Origin: Macrostomum lignano
Taxonomy: Eukaryota
Reading direction: 5' to 3'
NCBI GenBank assembly: GCA_002269645.1
Contig: NIVC01003385.1
Location: forward strand, 1 to 64,000
DNA: 64,000 nt
Shown: positions 18,801 to 32,149 of the stretch, in pieces
Layout of the letters: each line of letters opens with the position of its first letter
Numbering within the stretch: position 1 is the first letter of the stretch
Translations under genes and position numbers: made by a program
The notes under the pieces: model-generated
Databases searched by the model: none
What the model was told of the DNA's origin: nothing
What the model saw: only the letters and a program-made list of their open reading frames with translations

Positions 18801-19673
18801 CACAGTTGCTCTCCACTAATGTACATATAACCCCAATTTACATTGTACGTATATATCCTACGTGGATTTTAGTAGATAACGCTTTGTTTTCAAATACTTC
18901 AAAAAGACCATGTCGTGCGATTCACGCTAATGACGGCCAGCTATGCATATGCGCATCATGCCTGACGCATGTGTTCGCGCATCATGCCTGACGCATGCAG
19001 AATAACCCGTCGGATTCATTTGGCGCAACTCGCAAGTTGTTTAACTGGTGAAGACTGGTATTCAGCGCTATGCAGAATAACAAATATTAACAAAATACGT
19101 TTACATTTGGAATTCAGTACTTGAAATTTCTAGTAATTTTAGTGAATAGGGGCTGTAGCCTAGTGGTTTGAGCGTCGGACTCACGACTGCAAGGTCGGGG
19201 GTTCGATTCTCGACCCACTCCCCAACAATTTGTGTCCTTGAGCAAGACACTTCGCTCGTAACTCTGCATTGCTTCAGTTCACCCAGCTGTAAAATGGGTG
19301 CCAGCATTAGCTGGGGTAATTGAGGCTGTGTGTGGCGACCCCCCAGTCCTTGGACTGAACAGCCGTACGCAGCCTTCAGATGCGCCGCGCAATAGCGGCC
19401 CATCTGGCCCATTAGGGCAGGTGTAATCAATTATTATTGTTATTATTATTAGTGCACAGAGCTCACCATAACTTGCAGCACATTGATGAACACGGTAACG
19501 AAGGCCCCATCGCTGGCTTTGTTGTTCAGTAGGTCAACAACAGAGTAGAACTTCTTCTCCTGAGCCTCGGCCATTTTGTCCGTCAGCTTTCGGCCAATAA
19601 TTGAATCTTCGTCCAACAGTAGCAGGAAAATGACTACGAACAGAGTCAGCATTAGGCATTGAGCCAAAATGTA
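14652..19673 (-). CDS. Tetraspanin-family protein, TM3-EC2-TM4 part; exons 19673-19467, 18715-18513, 17389-17369, 17331-17136, 16240-16142, 15965-15883, 14687-14652; TM1/TM2 exons not located
   Basis: Joined exons read YILAQCLMLTLFVVIFLLLL (TM3)..FINVLQVM/LGCCGA..PISCCQ..DCPF..TCYKKIVQILKGYSAAILI[fs]WVIIGLFM/PCAGFLVWLLM*; CCG, PxSCC and pre-TM4 Cys are tetraspanin hallmarks; all junctions GT-AG and phase compatible except a 1-nt deficit in the 83-nt exon. Confidence 0.8.
14700..15805. repeat. GA-rich low-complexity array in last tetraspanin intron
   Basis: Direct (GAGAGAGGAG-type units). Confidence 0.9.
16344..17108. mobile_element. Non-autonomous hAT-type element (MITE) with purine-rich interior
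   Basis: Ends CTGGGGTCGGCAAACTCCGGCCGCG / CGCGGGCCGGAGTTTGCCGACCCCTG plus a subterminal inverted match (GAAACTTCACAAATAGCAATC); CAGGGGTCGGCAAAC is a typical hAT/Charlie terminus; no intact 8-bp TSD. Confidence 0.7.
17455..17990. repeat. 18-bp tandem repeat (GGGGATGCTTGCTATCTG)n in tetraspanin intron
   Basis: About 28 copies; explains MLAIWG/GDACYL ORFs. Confidence 0.95.
19149..19450 (+). mobile_element. tRNA-derived SINE
   Basis: tRNA-like head with A box (TAGCCTAGTGG) and B box (GGTTCGATTC), CORE-like segment GTGTCCTTGAGCAAGACACTT..CCCAGCTGTAAAATGGG, (ATT)n tail. Confidence 0.8.
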
Positions 19674-19779
19674 CTGAAATTTGAGTACGGATATTTGTTT
19701 AAATAAATTTTGTAAAATAAAATAAAAGATTTAAAATCATTTTGTATGTGAGTCTAGGTGAAGACACACTGTAAAGTTG

Positions 19780-21472
19780 GGTGAGATCCCTGTAGGGTTG
19801 GGTGAGACCCCTGTAGGGTTGGGTGATAAGTCCCTGTAGGGTTGGATTAGAAGTCCCTGTAGGGTTAGATTAGAAGTCCCGGTAGGGTTGGATTAGAAGT
19901 CTTTGCAGGGTTGGATTAGAAGTCCCTGTAGGGTTGGATTAGAAGTCCCTGTAGAGTTGGATTAGAAATCCCTGTAGGGTTGGATGAAAAGTCCCTATAA
20001 AGTTGGATTAAAAGTCCCTGTAGGGTTGGATTAAAAGTCCCTGTAGGGTTGGGTGATAAGTCCCTGTAGGGTTGGGTGAGACCCCTGTAGGGTTGGGTGA
20101 TAAGTCCCTGTAGAGTTGGATTAGAAGTCCCTGTAGGGTTGGATTAGAAGTCCCTGTAGGGTTGGATTAGAAGTCCCTGTAGGGTTGGATTAGAAGTCCC
20201 TGTAGAGTTGGATTAGAAATCCCTGTAGGGTTGAATGAAAAGTCCGTATAAAGTTGGATAAAAAGTCCCTGTAGGGTTGGGTGATAAGTCCCTGTAGGGT
20301 TGGGTGATAAGTCCCTGTAGGGTTGGGTGAGACCCCTGTAGGGTTGGGTGATAAGTCCCTGTAGGGTTGGATTAGAAGTCCTTGCAGGGTTGGATTAGAA
20401 GTCCCTGTAGGGTTGGATTAGAAGTCCCTGTAGAGTTGGATTAGAAATCCCTGTAGGGTTGGATGAAAAGTCCCTATAAAGTTGGATTAAAAGTCCCTGT
20501 AGGGTTGGATTAAAAGTCCCTGTAGGGTTGGGTGATAAGTCCCTGTAGGGTTGGGTGAGACCCCTGTAGGGTTGGGTGATAAGTCCCTGTAGAGTTGGAT
20601 TAGAAGTCCCTGTAGGGTTGGATTAGAAGTCCCTGTAGGGTTGGATTAGAAGTCCCTGTAGAGTTGGATTAGAAATCCCTGTAGGGTTGAATGAAAAGTC
20701 CGTATAAAGTTGGATTAAAAGTCCCTGTAGGGTTGGGTGATAAGTCCCTGTAGGGTTGGATTAGAAGTCCTTGCAGGGTTGGATTAGAAGTCCCTGTAGG
20801 GTTGGATTAGAAGTCCCTGTAGAGTTGGATTAGAAATCCCTGTAGGGTTGGATGAAAAGTCCCTATAAAGTTGGATTAAAAGTCCCTGTAGGGTTGGATT
20901 AAAAGTCCCTGTAGGGTTGGGTGATAAGTCCCTGTAGGGTTGGGTGAGACCCCTGTAGGGTTGGGTGATAAGTCCCTGTAGAGTTGGATTAGAAGTCCCT
21001 GTAGGGTTGGATTAGAAGTCCCTGTAGGGTTGGATTAGAAGTCCCTGTAGAGTTGGATTAGAAATCCCTGTAGGGTTGAATGAAAAGTCCGTATAAAGTT
21101 GGATTAAAAGTCCCTGTAGGGTTGGGTGATAAGTCCCTGTAGGGTTGGATTAGAAGTCCTTGCAGGGTTGGATTAGAAGTCCCTGTAGGGTTGGATTAGA
21201 AGTCCCTGTAGAGTTGGATTAGAAATCCCTGTAGGGTTGAATGAAAAGTCCGTATAAAGTTGGATTAAAAGTCCCTGTAGGGTTGGGTGATAAGTCCCTG
21301 TAGGGTTGGATTAGAAGTCCTTGCAGGGTTGGATTAGAAGTCCCTGTAGGGTTGGATTAGAAGTCCCTGTAGAGTTGGATTAGAAATCCCTGTAGGGTTG
21401 GATGAAAAGTCCCTATAAAGTTGGATTAAAAGTCCCTGTAGGGTTGGATTAAAAGTCCCTGTAGGGTTGGAT
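19780..21472. repeat. 23-bp tandem repeat (GTCCCTGTAGGGTTGGATTAGAA)n with higher-order variant blocks
   Basis: About 70 copies; variants GTCCTTGCAGGG, GTCCCTATAAAG, ACCCCTGTAGGG recur in ordered blocks. Confidence 0.95.
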
Positions 21473-22202
21473 TAGCAGTCCAACAGTAACATGGTAAACT
21501 ATGGGGTCGAGAAGAGAAGATAGGAGAGAGGAGAGGAGAGAAGAGGAGAGAGGAAACGTGAGATGAGATGAGAGAGAAGAGAAGTCTCTTTTCTGTCTCA
21601 GCTCAAGAAGAGAAGAAAAGAGGAGAGAAGTCTCAAAGGACCGGAGGGCCGGATAGAGAGGCATCGCATGCCGGCGCATGTACGCTCGTAACTAACAGAG
21701 AAATCAACCTGCTTAGAAGACTAAAAACGCAAAGTCTATGGTTCAAATCGGGAGCAAAATAAAGGCGTGTAGCCTCCTCTTGCAGGTAACAGGGCGTTGA
21801 CTATGCACTGTCTATGAAATATTGTTTATTCAGACAGCGTGATTCAGCAGAGAGAACTGGTTCAACAGACGAACAGACGCGGACAGATTGCGAGCAGTCG
21901 GAATTCTGGAAGCAGGTTGCACCCTTCGAACAGGTTGCAAAGCACTTCGGGAGGTCGCCTTCAAAGGTTTTATGGCTGCTACAGAAGAGCAGAGCCACTG
22001 CAGGGAGCGTGATTCACGCGAGAGAAAAGTTGCGGTGCTCCACCAACTTTGCAGTATAACAGCGAGGATATATCAATGTGTCCTGTCTGTAAAGTCCTCT
22101 CTGTCAGGGAATCTGGTGTGAAAACCCTACACTGCCTGCAATGCGAGCCCCCGAGAAGCCGCAGAGGCAACGTTCTGCGTTCTGCCTCGCAGAAGTAAGA
22201 AG

Positions 22203-23530
<1,328 letters not shown>

Positions 23531-23781
23531 GGAGGCTGGCCCAGCAACTGAGGATCTGGGAGGCTGGCCCAGCAACTGAGGATCTGGGAGGCTGGCCCAG
23601 CAACTGAGGATCTGGGAGGCTGGCCCAGCAACTGAGGATCTGGGAGGCTAGCCCAGCAACTGAGGATCTGGGAGGCTGGCCCAGCAACTGCGGATCTGGG
23701 AGGCTGGCCCAGCAACTGAGGATCTGGGAGGCTGGCCCAGCAACTGAGGATCTGGGAGGCTGGCCCAGCAACTGAGGATCT
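23531..23781. repeat. 28-bp tandem repeat (GGGAGGCTGGCCCAGCAACTGAGGATCT)n
   Basis: About 9 copies abutting the AGAT array. Confidence 0.95.
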
Positions 23782-24439
23782 GTTATAATGATTAATTATC
23801 TAAATCAGCCGCGCAAGAGCTCTCAAGCCCTAATCCTTATGCACAGAAGTTTATGCACAGATGTCGCACAACAACTGCAAAGTAACAAGTTTGATTTGAA
23901 TCCAGTCGAATGTGAGCTGACCACTGCGGTGAAAACTGGAACGAGGACAGAAAGCCAGAAAGCGCGTCAAATAAAAACCTGAACGCGGAAAAATTGAAAC
24001 AATAACTGTTACTTTTCAAAACAAGCAAAAGAGAATTACTCCAGTGATAACTACATGAGCAAATATATCAAAGCGTACAGTAGTTATACGTAGCGAAATC
24101 TTTCGGTGGGGTACAATTATAATAAGCATATATACTTGGTAGCAATAATTTAATTGCAAAGCAATCCAACTAAAGTCCAAACATAGCCTATTAATTGAGT
24201 TATTTGGGAAAGCTAAACATAATAAAAATACAACCTTCGTTTTAATAATGCACTCCTGCAGTACAAAACTGGTTATAAATTTTATTCATTATAACAATTC
24301 ATATAATAGTAGCCTTGCATAATATATTGACCTAACCGGTGAATTCCAGGTACATCATAGATTAACCTAACCGGTGAATCCCAGGTATCATAGATTAACC
24401 TAACCATTGAACCACAGGTATCACAAACTATTGGGATAT

Positions 24440-24900
24440 GAGATTATTGGAGAGCTGCTATGAGATTATTGCAAAGCTGCTATGAGATTATAAAAGAGCT
24501 GCTGAGATTATTGAAGAGCTACCATGAGATTATTGAAGAGCTACTATGAGATTATTGAAGAGCTGCTATGAGATTATTGAAGAGCTGCTATGAGACTATT
24601 GAAGAGCTGCTATGAGATTATTAAAAAGCTGCTGAGATTTGAAGAGCTGCTATGAGATTATTTCAAAACTGCTATGAGATTATTGAAGAGCTGCTATGAG
24701 ATTATTTCAAAACTGCTATGAGATTATTGAAGAGCTGCTATGAGATTATTTCAAAACTGCTATGAGATTATTGCAGAGCTGCTATGAGATTATTTCAAAA
24801 CTGCTATGAGATTATTGAAGAGCTGCTATGAGACTATTGAAGAGCTACTATGAGATCATTGAAGAGCTACCATGAGATTATTAAAGAGCTGCTATTAGAT
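24440..24900. repeat. 22-bp tandem repeat (GAAGAGCTGCTATGAGATTATT)n
   Basis: About 20 copies. Confidence 0.93.
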
Positions 24901-24994
24901 TACTGCAAAGCTAATTTAAAAAGTGACCACAGTGCCTACACATGTTTCCCCTATTAACCCACACAGTCCGCAATTTGGGCAGCCCGGCCGATTG

Positions 24995-25770
24995 CCGCCC
25001 GCAGTGCCTTGAGAAAGCCGCCCGCAGTGCCTTGAGAAAGCCGCCCGCAGTGCCTTGAGGAAAGCCGCCCGCAGTGCCTTGAGGAAAGCCGCCCGCAGTG
25101 CCTTGAGAAAGCCGCCCGCAGTGCCTTGAGAAAGCCGCCCGCAGTGCCTTGAGAAAGCCGCCCGCAGTGCCTTGAGGAAAGCCGCCCGCAGTGCCTTGAG
25201 GAAAGCCGCCCGCAGTGCCTTGAGAAAGCCGCCCGCAGTGCCTTGAGGAAAGCCGCCCGCAGTGCCTTGAGAAAGCCGCCCGCAGTGCCTTGAGAAAGCC
25301 GGCCGCAGTGCCTTGAGGAAAGCCGCCCGCAGTGCCTTGAGGAAAGCCGCCCGCAGTGCCTTGAGGAAAGCCGCCCGCAGTGCCTTGAGAAAGCCGCCCG
25401 CAGTGCCTTGAGGAAAGCCGCCCGCAGTGCCTTGAGGAAAGCCGCCCGCAGTGCCTTGAGAAAGCCGCCCGCAGTGCCTTGAAGAAAGCCGCCCGCAGTG
25501 CCTTGAGAAAGCCGCCCGCAGTGCCTTGAGAAAGCCGCCCGCAGTGCCTTGAGAAAGCCGCCCGCAGTGCCTTGAGAAAGCCGGCCGCAGTGCCTTGAGG
25601 AAAGCCGCCCGCAGTGCCTTGAGGAAAGCCGCCCGCAGTGCCTTGAGAAAGCCGCCCGCAGTGCCTTGAAGAAAGCCGCCCGCAGTGCCTTGAGGAAAGC
25701 CGCCCGCAGTGCCTTGAGAAAGCCGCCTGCAGTGCCTTGAGGAAAGCCGCCCGCAGTGCCCTGAGGATTG
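24995..25770. repeat. 23/24-bp GC-rich tandem repeat (GCCGCCCGCAGTGCCTTGAGAAA)n
   Basis: About 33 copies. Confidence 0.95.
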
Positions 25771-26181
25771 CCGCCCGAACGCAACTGGGCGCGAAGTTTT
25801 GAGCAGCCCCTGTATACATGTCTGTTGGAACCGCAGAATTAACATTCTGTTTACTTTATATGATTAAGCGCATGATTATGTGAATGAACATTATTCAAGG
25901 AAAATAGGTAGCGCATGATTATGTGAATGGACATTCTTTAATCTCTATAGTTCTATGACATAAGTAGCTAACATGTAAAGTTAATTCCATTGACCTGTAA
26001 AGGATGAAAATCCACCGTTCTCATAATCAGAGCGGCCTAGGTCTTCTAAAATATCTAAAAGAAGGAAACCGACTACAAAGGTATTAGCAACAAAAAGAAA
26101 GTGCTTTGCAAAAGCAAGAGTTGAAGGAAAACAAATTATGACAATGCTATAATTTATTTGCTACGGAAGCTAGGCTTTTTG

Positions 26182-26261
26182 AATCGGTTGAGCCGTTTTC
26201 GCTAAAATCGATCACACACACAAGCACACACATACAGACAGACCATTTTTAGTATATAGGA
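26182..26261 (+). mobile_element. Helentron/HINE-like terminal fragment (second copy 38250-38329)
   Basis: AATCGGTTGAGCCGTTTTCGCTAAAATCGATCACACACAC..ACAGAC..CATTTTTAGTATATAGG occurs twice; resembles DINE-1/Lep1-type ends. Confidence 0.5.
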
Positions 26262-26280
26262 AGGAAGGAAGGTCGCTGCA

Positions 26281-26560
26281 AAGCAACTCATCCATGACCA
26301 TGTTCCAGAGACCGGGGTATGAACCCCGCCCTGAGGGCCCCTTTTCTAGACATGACAGTGCGGTTCCGGGCCATGGACATCATCTACCGGACAAGGTGAG
26401 GGTGAGTGGCTTTGGATTCCAGTGCTCTGCCAAAGGCCTCAAAGATGACATTCAGATAAGAAACTACTGAGCATGAGCTAGCTCTAGGGTCCTTCAGAGC
26501 TCTCCGTGACCGAGCCATCTGGTCTCTTCACCACAGAGAGTTTAGAAAACACGGTCCGTT
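26281..26560 (-). pseudogene. Non-LTR (LINE) reverse transcriptase fragment
   Basis: Frameshifted RG-PQGGVxxP-LWNMVMDELL, preceded by ALESKATHPHLVR*MMSMARNRTV; typical LINE RT motif. Confidence 0.7.
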
Positions 26561-27636
26561 CGTGAGTGCCTTTACCACGCAGGCTACGGGAAGGAGAGGA
26601 GAGGGGAGAGGAGAGATCGGAGAGTGATAGAGACAAGGATGGAGACAGTGTTTCGAATTCGAAGAGTTGCTGATTTGATTTAATAGCCAGAGAAATTTGC
26701 TTGAGCTGCAGGATTTTCGAATGAAATAAAAACTACATTGCCCACTACGAGTAAAATGGACGCATTGCCAATCCAAACAGCATTGTAGACTGACAGCAGC
26801 CCACTGACGGATGTGTGTTGATCGTCAATATGCTAGAGTTTAAACGCTGCTGTGGACTCTGGCGTCGACCTGAAACTGCGATAGACTTGATCGGCTTAAA
26901 AAAAAGTCAATAAAAAGAAACTTCATGCTTGGATGCATTAGGTAGTCAAATAAATGTAAAATCAAACATATTAACAACGGGTTATTGACATTGCACACGC
27001 AACTCTCTACCAGAGCTCAGTTCCAGAGCAATTAAGATGGCTGTCAGTTTTCCAGCGTTGCCATCCAAAATATCGAAATAAAATGAATGCAGCAAAGTCG
27101 AGAGAGGCAGAAAGCATCGTCACCTGAATTTCCCAGACATCACTGCAGTGGAATCGCTAGCGACTTACGGACAGGAAAGGCAACGAACAACAGAGAAGGC
27201 AAGAATTAATGAGATGCATGATTTTCAGTTTAAAGCGTAATCATAAACAACTGTCTAAGGACTCTGCACTCATAATTTTGAGGTGTTTTTTGCACTTATC
27301 AATATCTCACCCTCTCTCCATCCGACTGGCAAGAGGGTTATCTATAACATAATCCACATACGTCAGCCGAACGTATATGTAGGTGAATATAAAAATACCC
27401 CTTTGTCAGTCGAAAAGTTGCCGGAAGTTGCCGCTCTCCAAGATACTTTTTCACAAAATTTTTCTCGAAAAAAGCACGCTTACTTGGTTAGAAATTCTGC
27501 AGTTTGAAATTGCTGATTCAGTGCTATCAAATTCAATGCTTCCTATCCCGTTAATGTGTTATGCGGTGATACAGTCAGTTCTATATATGAAGATAATATT
27601 GCAGAAACAATTATTTTAGACTCAAAGCATCGCCCA

Positions 27637-28353
27637 ATGCTTGCGCTGCTGCTGCTGCTGCTGAACTGCCAGCTGCTGCAGTCGCAGGCCCTGCCGTGTC
27701 CCGCACCGTTCACCATGCAGGCCAGTCTGTGCCTGTTCGTGAGCACAGCTCACAGCCACAGCTGGTGCTCAGCCAATCGGCAGTGTGCATCGATCGGAGG
27801 CGAGCTCGTTAACTCGAACAGCTCCATCCTGGCGCTGAATCGCAGCGGCATCAGCTCATCCTGCAGCTGCCAGCTGTGGCTCGGACTGAGCGACCTGGCC
27901 GATGAGAGAGGCAACAAGAGAGACGGCTGGCAGAGGGTCAACGGAAACGGCCTCGCTGACCCTCCCTCTGATCTGTTTTACGAATACGAGCCGTCAGGAT
28001 ACGACGAAAACTGCATTCGAATGGACCATCTGGGACTGCTCAGAGACGCCAACTGCAGCCATAACTATGGATTCGCTTGCGAGTACAAGAGCCCCTCTGC
28101 TTACCGGAAGCTCGCCCATTGGAAGAAGGTGTCGTTCAAGAGAGCCACCTACAACACCGAGTACTGCTTCACCGAAGTGCCGCATGTGAGCAGCGCTGTT
28201 GAGTGCGTTGCCGCCGCCATGAGTGACGCCAGCTGCAGACACGTGCTGTACAACAGCAAGCTGCGAGCCTGCCGCCTGCTGCTGTTCACCGACGCTCAGG
28301 TGGAGGCGGAGATCGAGACGAGCGCCGACTGGGTCAAGTTCCGCCTGCTCTGA
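27637..28353 (+). CDS. Secreted C-type lectin domain + PAN/apple domain protein (copy 1), intronless CDS
   Basis: Signal peptide MLALLLLLLNCQLLQSQA; CTLD motifs W..A..QC..IGGEL, LWLGLSD, EPSG, ENC, LRDANC, FACE; C-terminal SAVECVAAAMSDASCRHVLYNSKLRACRLL fits PAN/apple; TTATTTTAG acceptor just upstream of ATG. Confidence 0.88.
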   Translation: MLALLLLLLNCQLLQSQALPCPAPFTMQASLCLFVSTAHSHSWCSANRQCASIGGELVNSNSSILALNRSGISSSCSCQLWLGLSDLADERGNKRDGWQRVNGNGLADPPSDLFYEYEPSGYDENCIRMDHLGLLRDANCSHNYGFACEYKSPSAYRKLAHWKKVSFKRATYNTEYCFTEVPHVSSAVECVAAAMSDASCRHVLYNSKLRACRLLLFTDAQVEAEIETSADWVKFRLL

Positions 28354-29190
28354 TTCGAATGGAAAGAATAACACAGATTTTAAGAAAATGAAAGAAAAGT
28401 TACGCTAAAGTTTCTAACTCTGTTGTCGCGATTTTTATCCAGAAGAAATTCGCTTTGAATGGAATGAGCTTTATAAACTATTTCTTCAAAACCTGAGAAA
28501 CAATCGAGTAAATTTCGAACATCTAAATACACAATGGCATCCCAAAAAACGCATATTTTTTTCATTTTCAGCGTTCATAATTTTATTTCGTTAGCGACAC
28601 TAATCATAGCCTAGCAATAAAATTTGCAAGTTGCACGGACTTGCTTTACTAGTAGTTACGATCCGGTGTATAGATTTTTTCGAATCCATAATGGTAGATT
28701 AAGTCTATGGTTTCAGACTTTGATAATGATCAAGTCTGGACATTCTGATCATAAATAATGATCAGAATTGATCATTATTTAATTCTGAAACCATAGACAT
28801 AATCGCATTATCATATAGACTAGCGTTTTCGGTTGATCATTATGTAACGCCATTAAGCCACGCCATTAAGTAACGCTGCAGTGTCTTCGTGCCATAGATA
28901 TAGGCTCGGCAGTGAGCAGGGTCAAGGGAGCGCAGCTTCCTTGCGGGGCTGTGGGGGCAGAGCCCCCTCTAATCGGACCATAGACAATTTTTTAGAATAC
29001 AGTTCTCTAAAAGAAAAGCTCGACCATGAAGTCTGTTAGGAAGTTAAGAACTAGAAGCAAGAAGCGAGAGAAATCGAATTAAAAATGCCTCATATCAACT
29101 GGAAAAATCTACCGGTCGACAGTTTAGATGGCGTCTCGTCTACTGAAGTAGATTTTCTGAGTGAACTGAGCGCCGTGAACCACAGTTCCG

Positions 29191-29580
29191 ATGAAATTCT
29201 TGGAGATTTTATCGACTACCTGTCTAAAATCGAGACGGCTGATAGAGGCCGCTGCGGTTTCTAGTGTCGAGCTTCCAGAACTATCTGATTTACCCAGTGC
29301 GATGGATGTTGTCGAACTGGAATCACTGCTGAGCACTACACGAGAACACATGTTTCTGTATGGCAAAATGTTCGTGGAGTTTTTAAAGAAGCATGGTGCT
29401 GTGGATGTGAGCGTGATCAGTGACAGTCGCTTGGCCGAATTTTTAAGGTTCTTTTACTTAAGCAGCAAGCTCAAGTTGACATGCGAAGTGTGCAACAGCC
29501 GATGTTTGCCAACTGCCTCTTCGATGGGTGCACGTTCAACTTCTAACAAAGAATATATTGCTCGTACTTATAAGTCTTAA
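29191..29580 (+). pseudogene. Possible Crypton-like (tyrosine recombinase DNA transposon) N-terminal remnant
   Basis: KMFVEFLKKHG..DVSVISDSRLAEFLRFFY resembles the Crypton/DUF3504 N-terminal pattern; no catalytic part seen. Confidence 0.3.
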
Positions 29581-30946
29581 CTGTCGAAAATTAAATACTT
29601 TGGTATTCGTTTGCTTTGCTATATCCTCGATCTGTTTCCTGTTAAAGTTCTTGTTGCTTAAATTAATAAAAACAGTGAATTTCTCGCTCATAATCAATGG
29701 CAATTTATCGTGACTTAACAGCTTCATTACAAAATGCATTAAAAAACGATTGTCTATATGATAATGAGTAATGTTATTATTCAGGGAAGAGGCGAAAGGA
29801 ATAATACTCCGCTTTTGCTGAGACTATAGTTAATTTTCCAAGTATATTTTGATCTTAGTGACTCGCACTCGCGAATACGCTGTACGTATTGCCATAAACA
29901 AAAGTTAGTAAGCCGTTGACGGCTCTTTAGAAGTGAACTAAAAGTTCATCTTGAACTCCAACACGTAACGCTAACCAGCTGCAGTGTAGCAGAAACTCCA
30001 AGTAAATCTTAAAAGCGTCACAAAAATTCGTTAAAGCGCATCTTTTAAGCGATTATATACAGATATATACAGATATATACAGATATACACATAATATAAA
30101 CCTTAGCAAAGAAGAGGCAAAGACAGTCGAGTGTGGCGCAGCAATGAAAGGCGCCCCCAGATCGGTCGACGGTCTTCCATCGTGTATTGTTGCAACTAAT
30201 AAACAGTAGAACTAGCAAGAGAGACTGCGCCGGCACACACACCTAAAGCAAGAATCAAGTCGCAAACCCCTGGACTGTCGAGATATTCAACTATTCTACC
30301 AGGTCAGGTTTCTTCCATAAGCGCCAGTGTATTCAGTACACCCCTGTGCGCCAATCAGCACTGCGCCTCAGTGCAGCTTTGCCAAGCCTCAAAACTTCAT
30401 CAGAACATCGACCACAAGTGCCTGCATCAGCTCTGGCTTCGTTGGTTGGAGCTTCTGAACCTTCAGCAGGTGGCACCAGGTAAGTATGGACACCCTGTTG
30501 CGAATTTCTCTGGTTTCGCTGATCAAGCTTCAACAGTGGGCAAGCCTCAACTGCTGGACATCCTCAGCCAGTCTCTAAAGAATTCAGTAGTCATCCAAAC
30601 GTTATAATATTGTTGTTGTTAAACGGGGTGCCATGCGGCGCGGACCTACCGATCTACCAATGATACGAGAGCGTAATAGGCGTAGGTCAGAAGCGTATGC
30701 TAGCTCGGGCCATCCAAGGACAACTGAAGTTACGTTATCCTTGGGGCCATCTCAACATTGAATTCCTATGGGTTGCCTCACAAAGATGGCAGACTTATAC
30801 GGCGGGATTAGATGCCTTCAAAGGCGAAAATGTTGAGGGTCCTGACTGCGAAGCTGTTTATGATTTGCAAGGCTTGGCACCGCCTACCCACCTTGTGGAC
30901 CTGCTTCGATCTCCTCAGAGACCAACCACAGGCGTACGAGCCTATA

Positions 30947-31360
30947 CTATACCCATCGCACCAGATCAGTTTCGCCATGGCGGGGTACCAACTTCTGGGG
31001 CTCATGCCTTCCAGGTGGCCCTTTTTGGATCCAGCTTCTGAGACACAAGGCCTGACCAGGTGGTCCATTTGCCAGCTCCCATCGCAGGTAGGATCCGCTC
31101 GCCAACTGGTAGGAGAAAACAGGCTGCCTGTCGCCAAGCTTGCTGATGCAGAGGTGATTCTCTAGCACGGCCACCGGGCAAAGCGGGTGTCCGACTTTTA
31201 GCCTTGGAAGCAACACTCGGTGCAGCATCGCGACAAACTGGTCTGTCTTGCTATAACTGACGGAGAGCACAACCGAAAGTGGCGTTAAAAGGCTGAGACG
31301 GAGATCGACGAAGCGGAGACTGGACCGCCGAAACACCCCCCACCAAGCAATCAGGCTCAC
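30947..31360 (-). pseudogene. DIRS-type tyrosine recombinase (partial)
   Basis: FRRSSL first catalytic Arg, SKTDQ, LCPV motifs; C-terminal HxxR/Y motifs not recognisable. Confidence 0.7.
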
Positions 31361-32149
31361 AAGCCAGTAGACTCTATCAGGTTACTGCTCAAATTAAGCA
31401 GGATCCTCACAGACATCTGCAGCTTCCGTCTTAGCCGCTGGCCCATTCTGTTTTGTTAGGTCCTCAGCACCACAGGCTTTGACTTAGCTGGACAGTGCAC
31501 TGACGTGGACACGGACTGTTAAACGATCTCAGGCGGCATTCAACCAGGTGAGCCAGGTAGTTGGGTAAGCACCGACCAGTCGGATCGAGCCGGGTTGGTC
31601 CCGTTCTCGTTGCAGTAACTGCACCAGGACCGGACGGCCGCTGAGATCGGCCCTACGCGAATGCGGTGCGTACGGTATGCTGCGGCGAGGAGGCCGGAGG
31701 CGGCGGCGCCGAGGGTGATCCGAAAATTCCGCAGGGAAAATTTGCACAGAGACATAAAAACTGAAGAATTTAGCAACTCATTAGCAGCATCGGCAAACAG
31801 CTGATAGACACCCTGGAACGTGAAACATCCTAAAAATTCAGCGTCAAAACACGGACAGAGCAACGCAACAAGCTACAGCAACCACATAAGCCGCGAGTCC
31901 TTGGAGACACCTCGTCTCAGAATCCAACACGCCCTATCATTGTTGCACCCGACCCCCGGCCAAGGGTTCGCCCCATCTCAAAACCACAGCCTCCTTGAAA
32001 TTGATGCAGTAATGCTGAAAAACACCATTCGCGCCAGTCTGCCAGACAATGAAGCACCAATCGCAAATTCCATCAACGTCACGGAGCACAGCCGCAGCAC
32101 CTGAAGACGACGAGTCGGTCTCCATGGTAACACAAGCCCTCCGCGAAGT

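Noticed and set aside
19149-19225. tRNA gene
   Set aside because: tRNA-like head continues into a SINE body and (ATT)n tail; no convincing acceptor stem.
21801-22200. Short Cys-containing ORFs as missing tetraspanin TM1/TM2 exons
   Set aside because: No hydrophobic transmembrane segments or compatible splice phase found.
24911-25845. Three overlapping 276-309 aa ORFs
   Set aside because: All three frames derive from a 23/24-bp tandem repeat.
28703-28798. 15-bp inverted repeat (GTCTATGGTTTCAGA) as a MITE
   Set aside because: Too short, no clear TSD and no second copy in the window.
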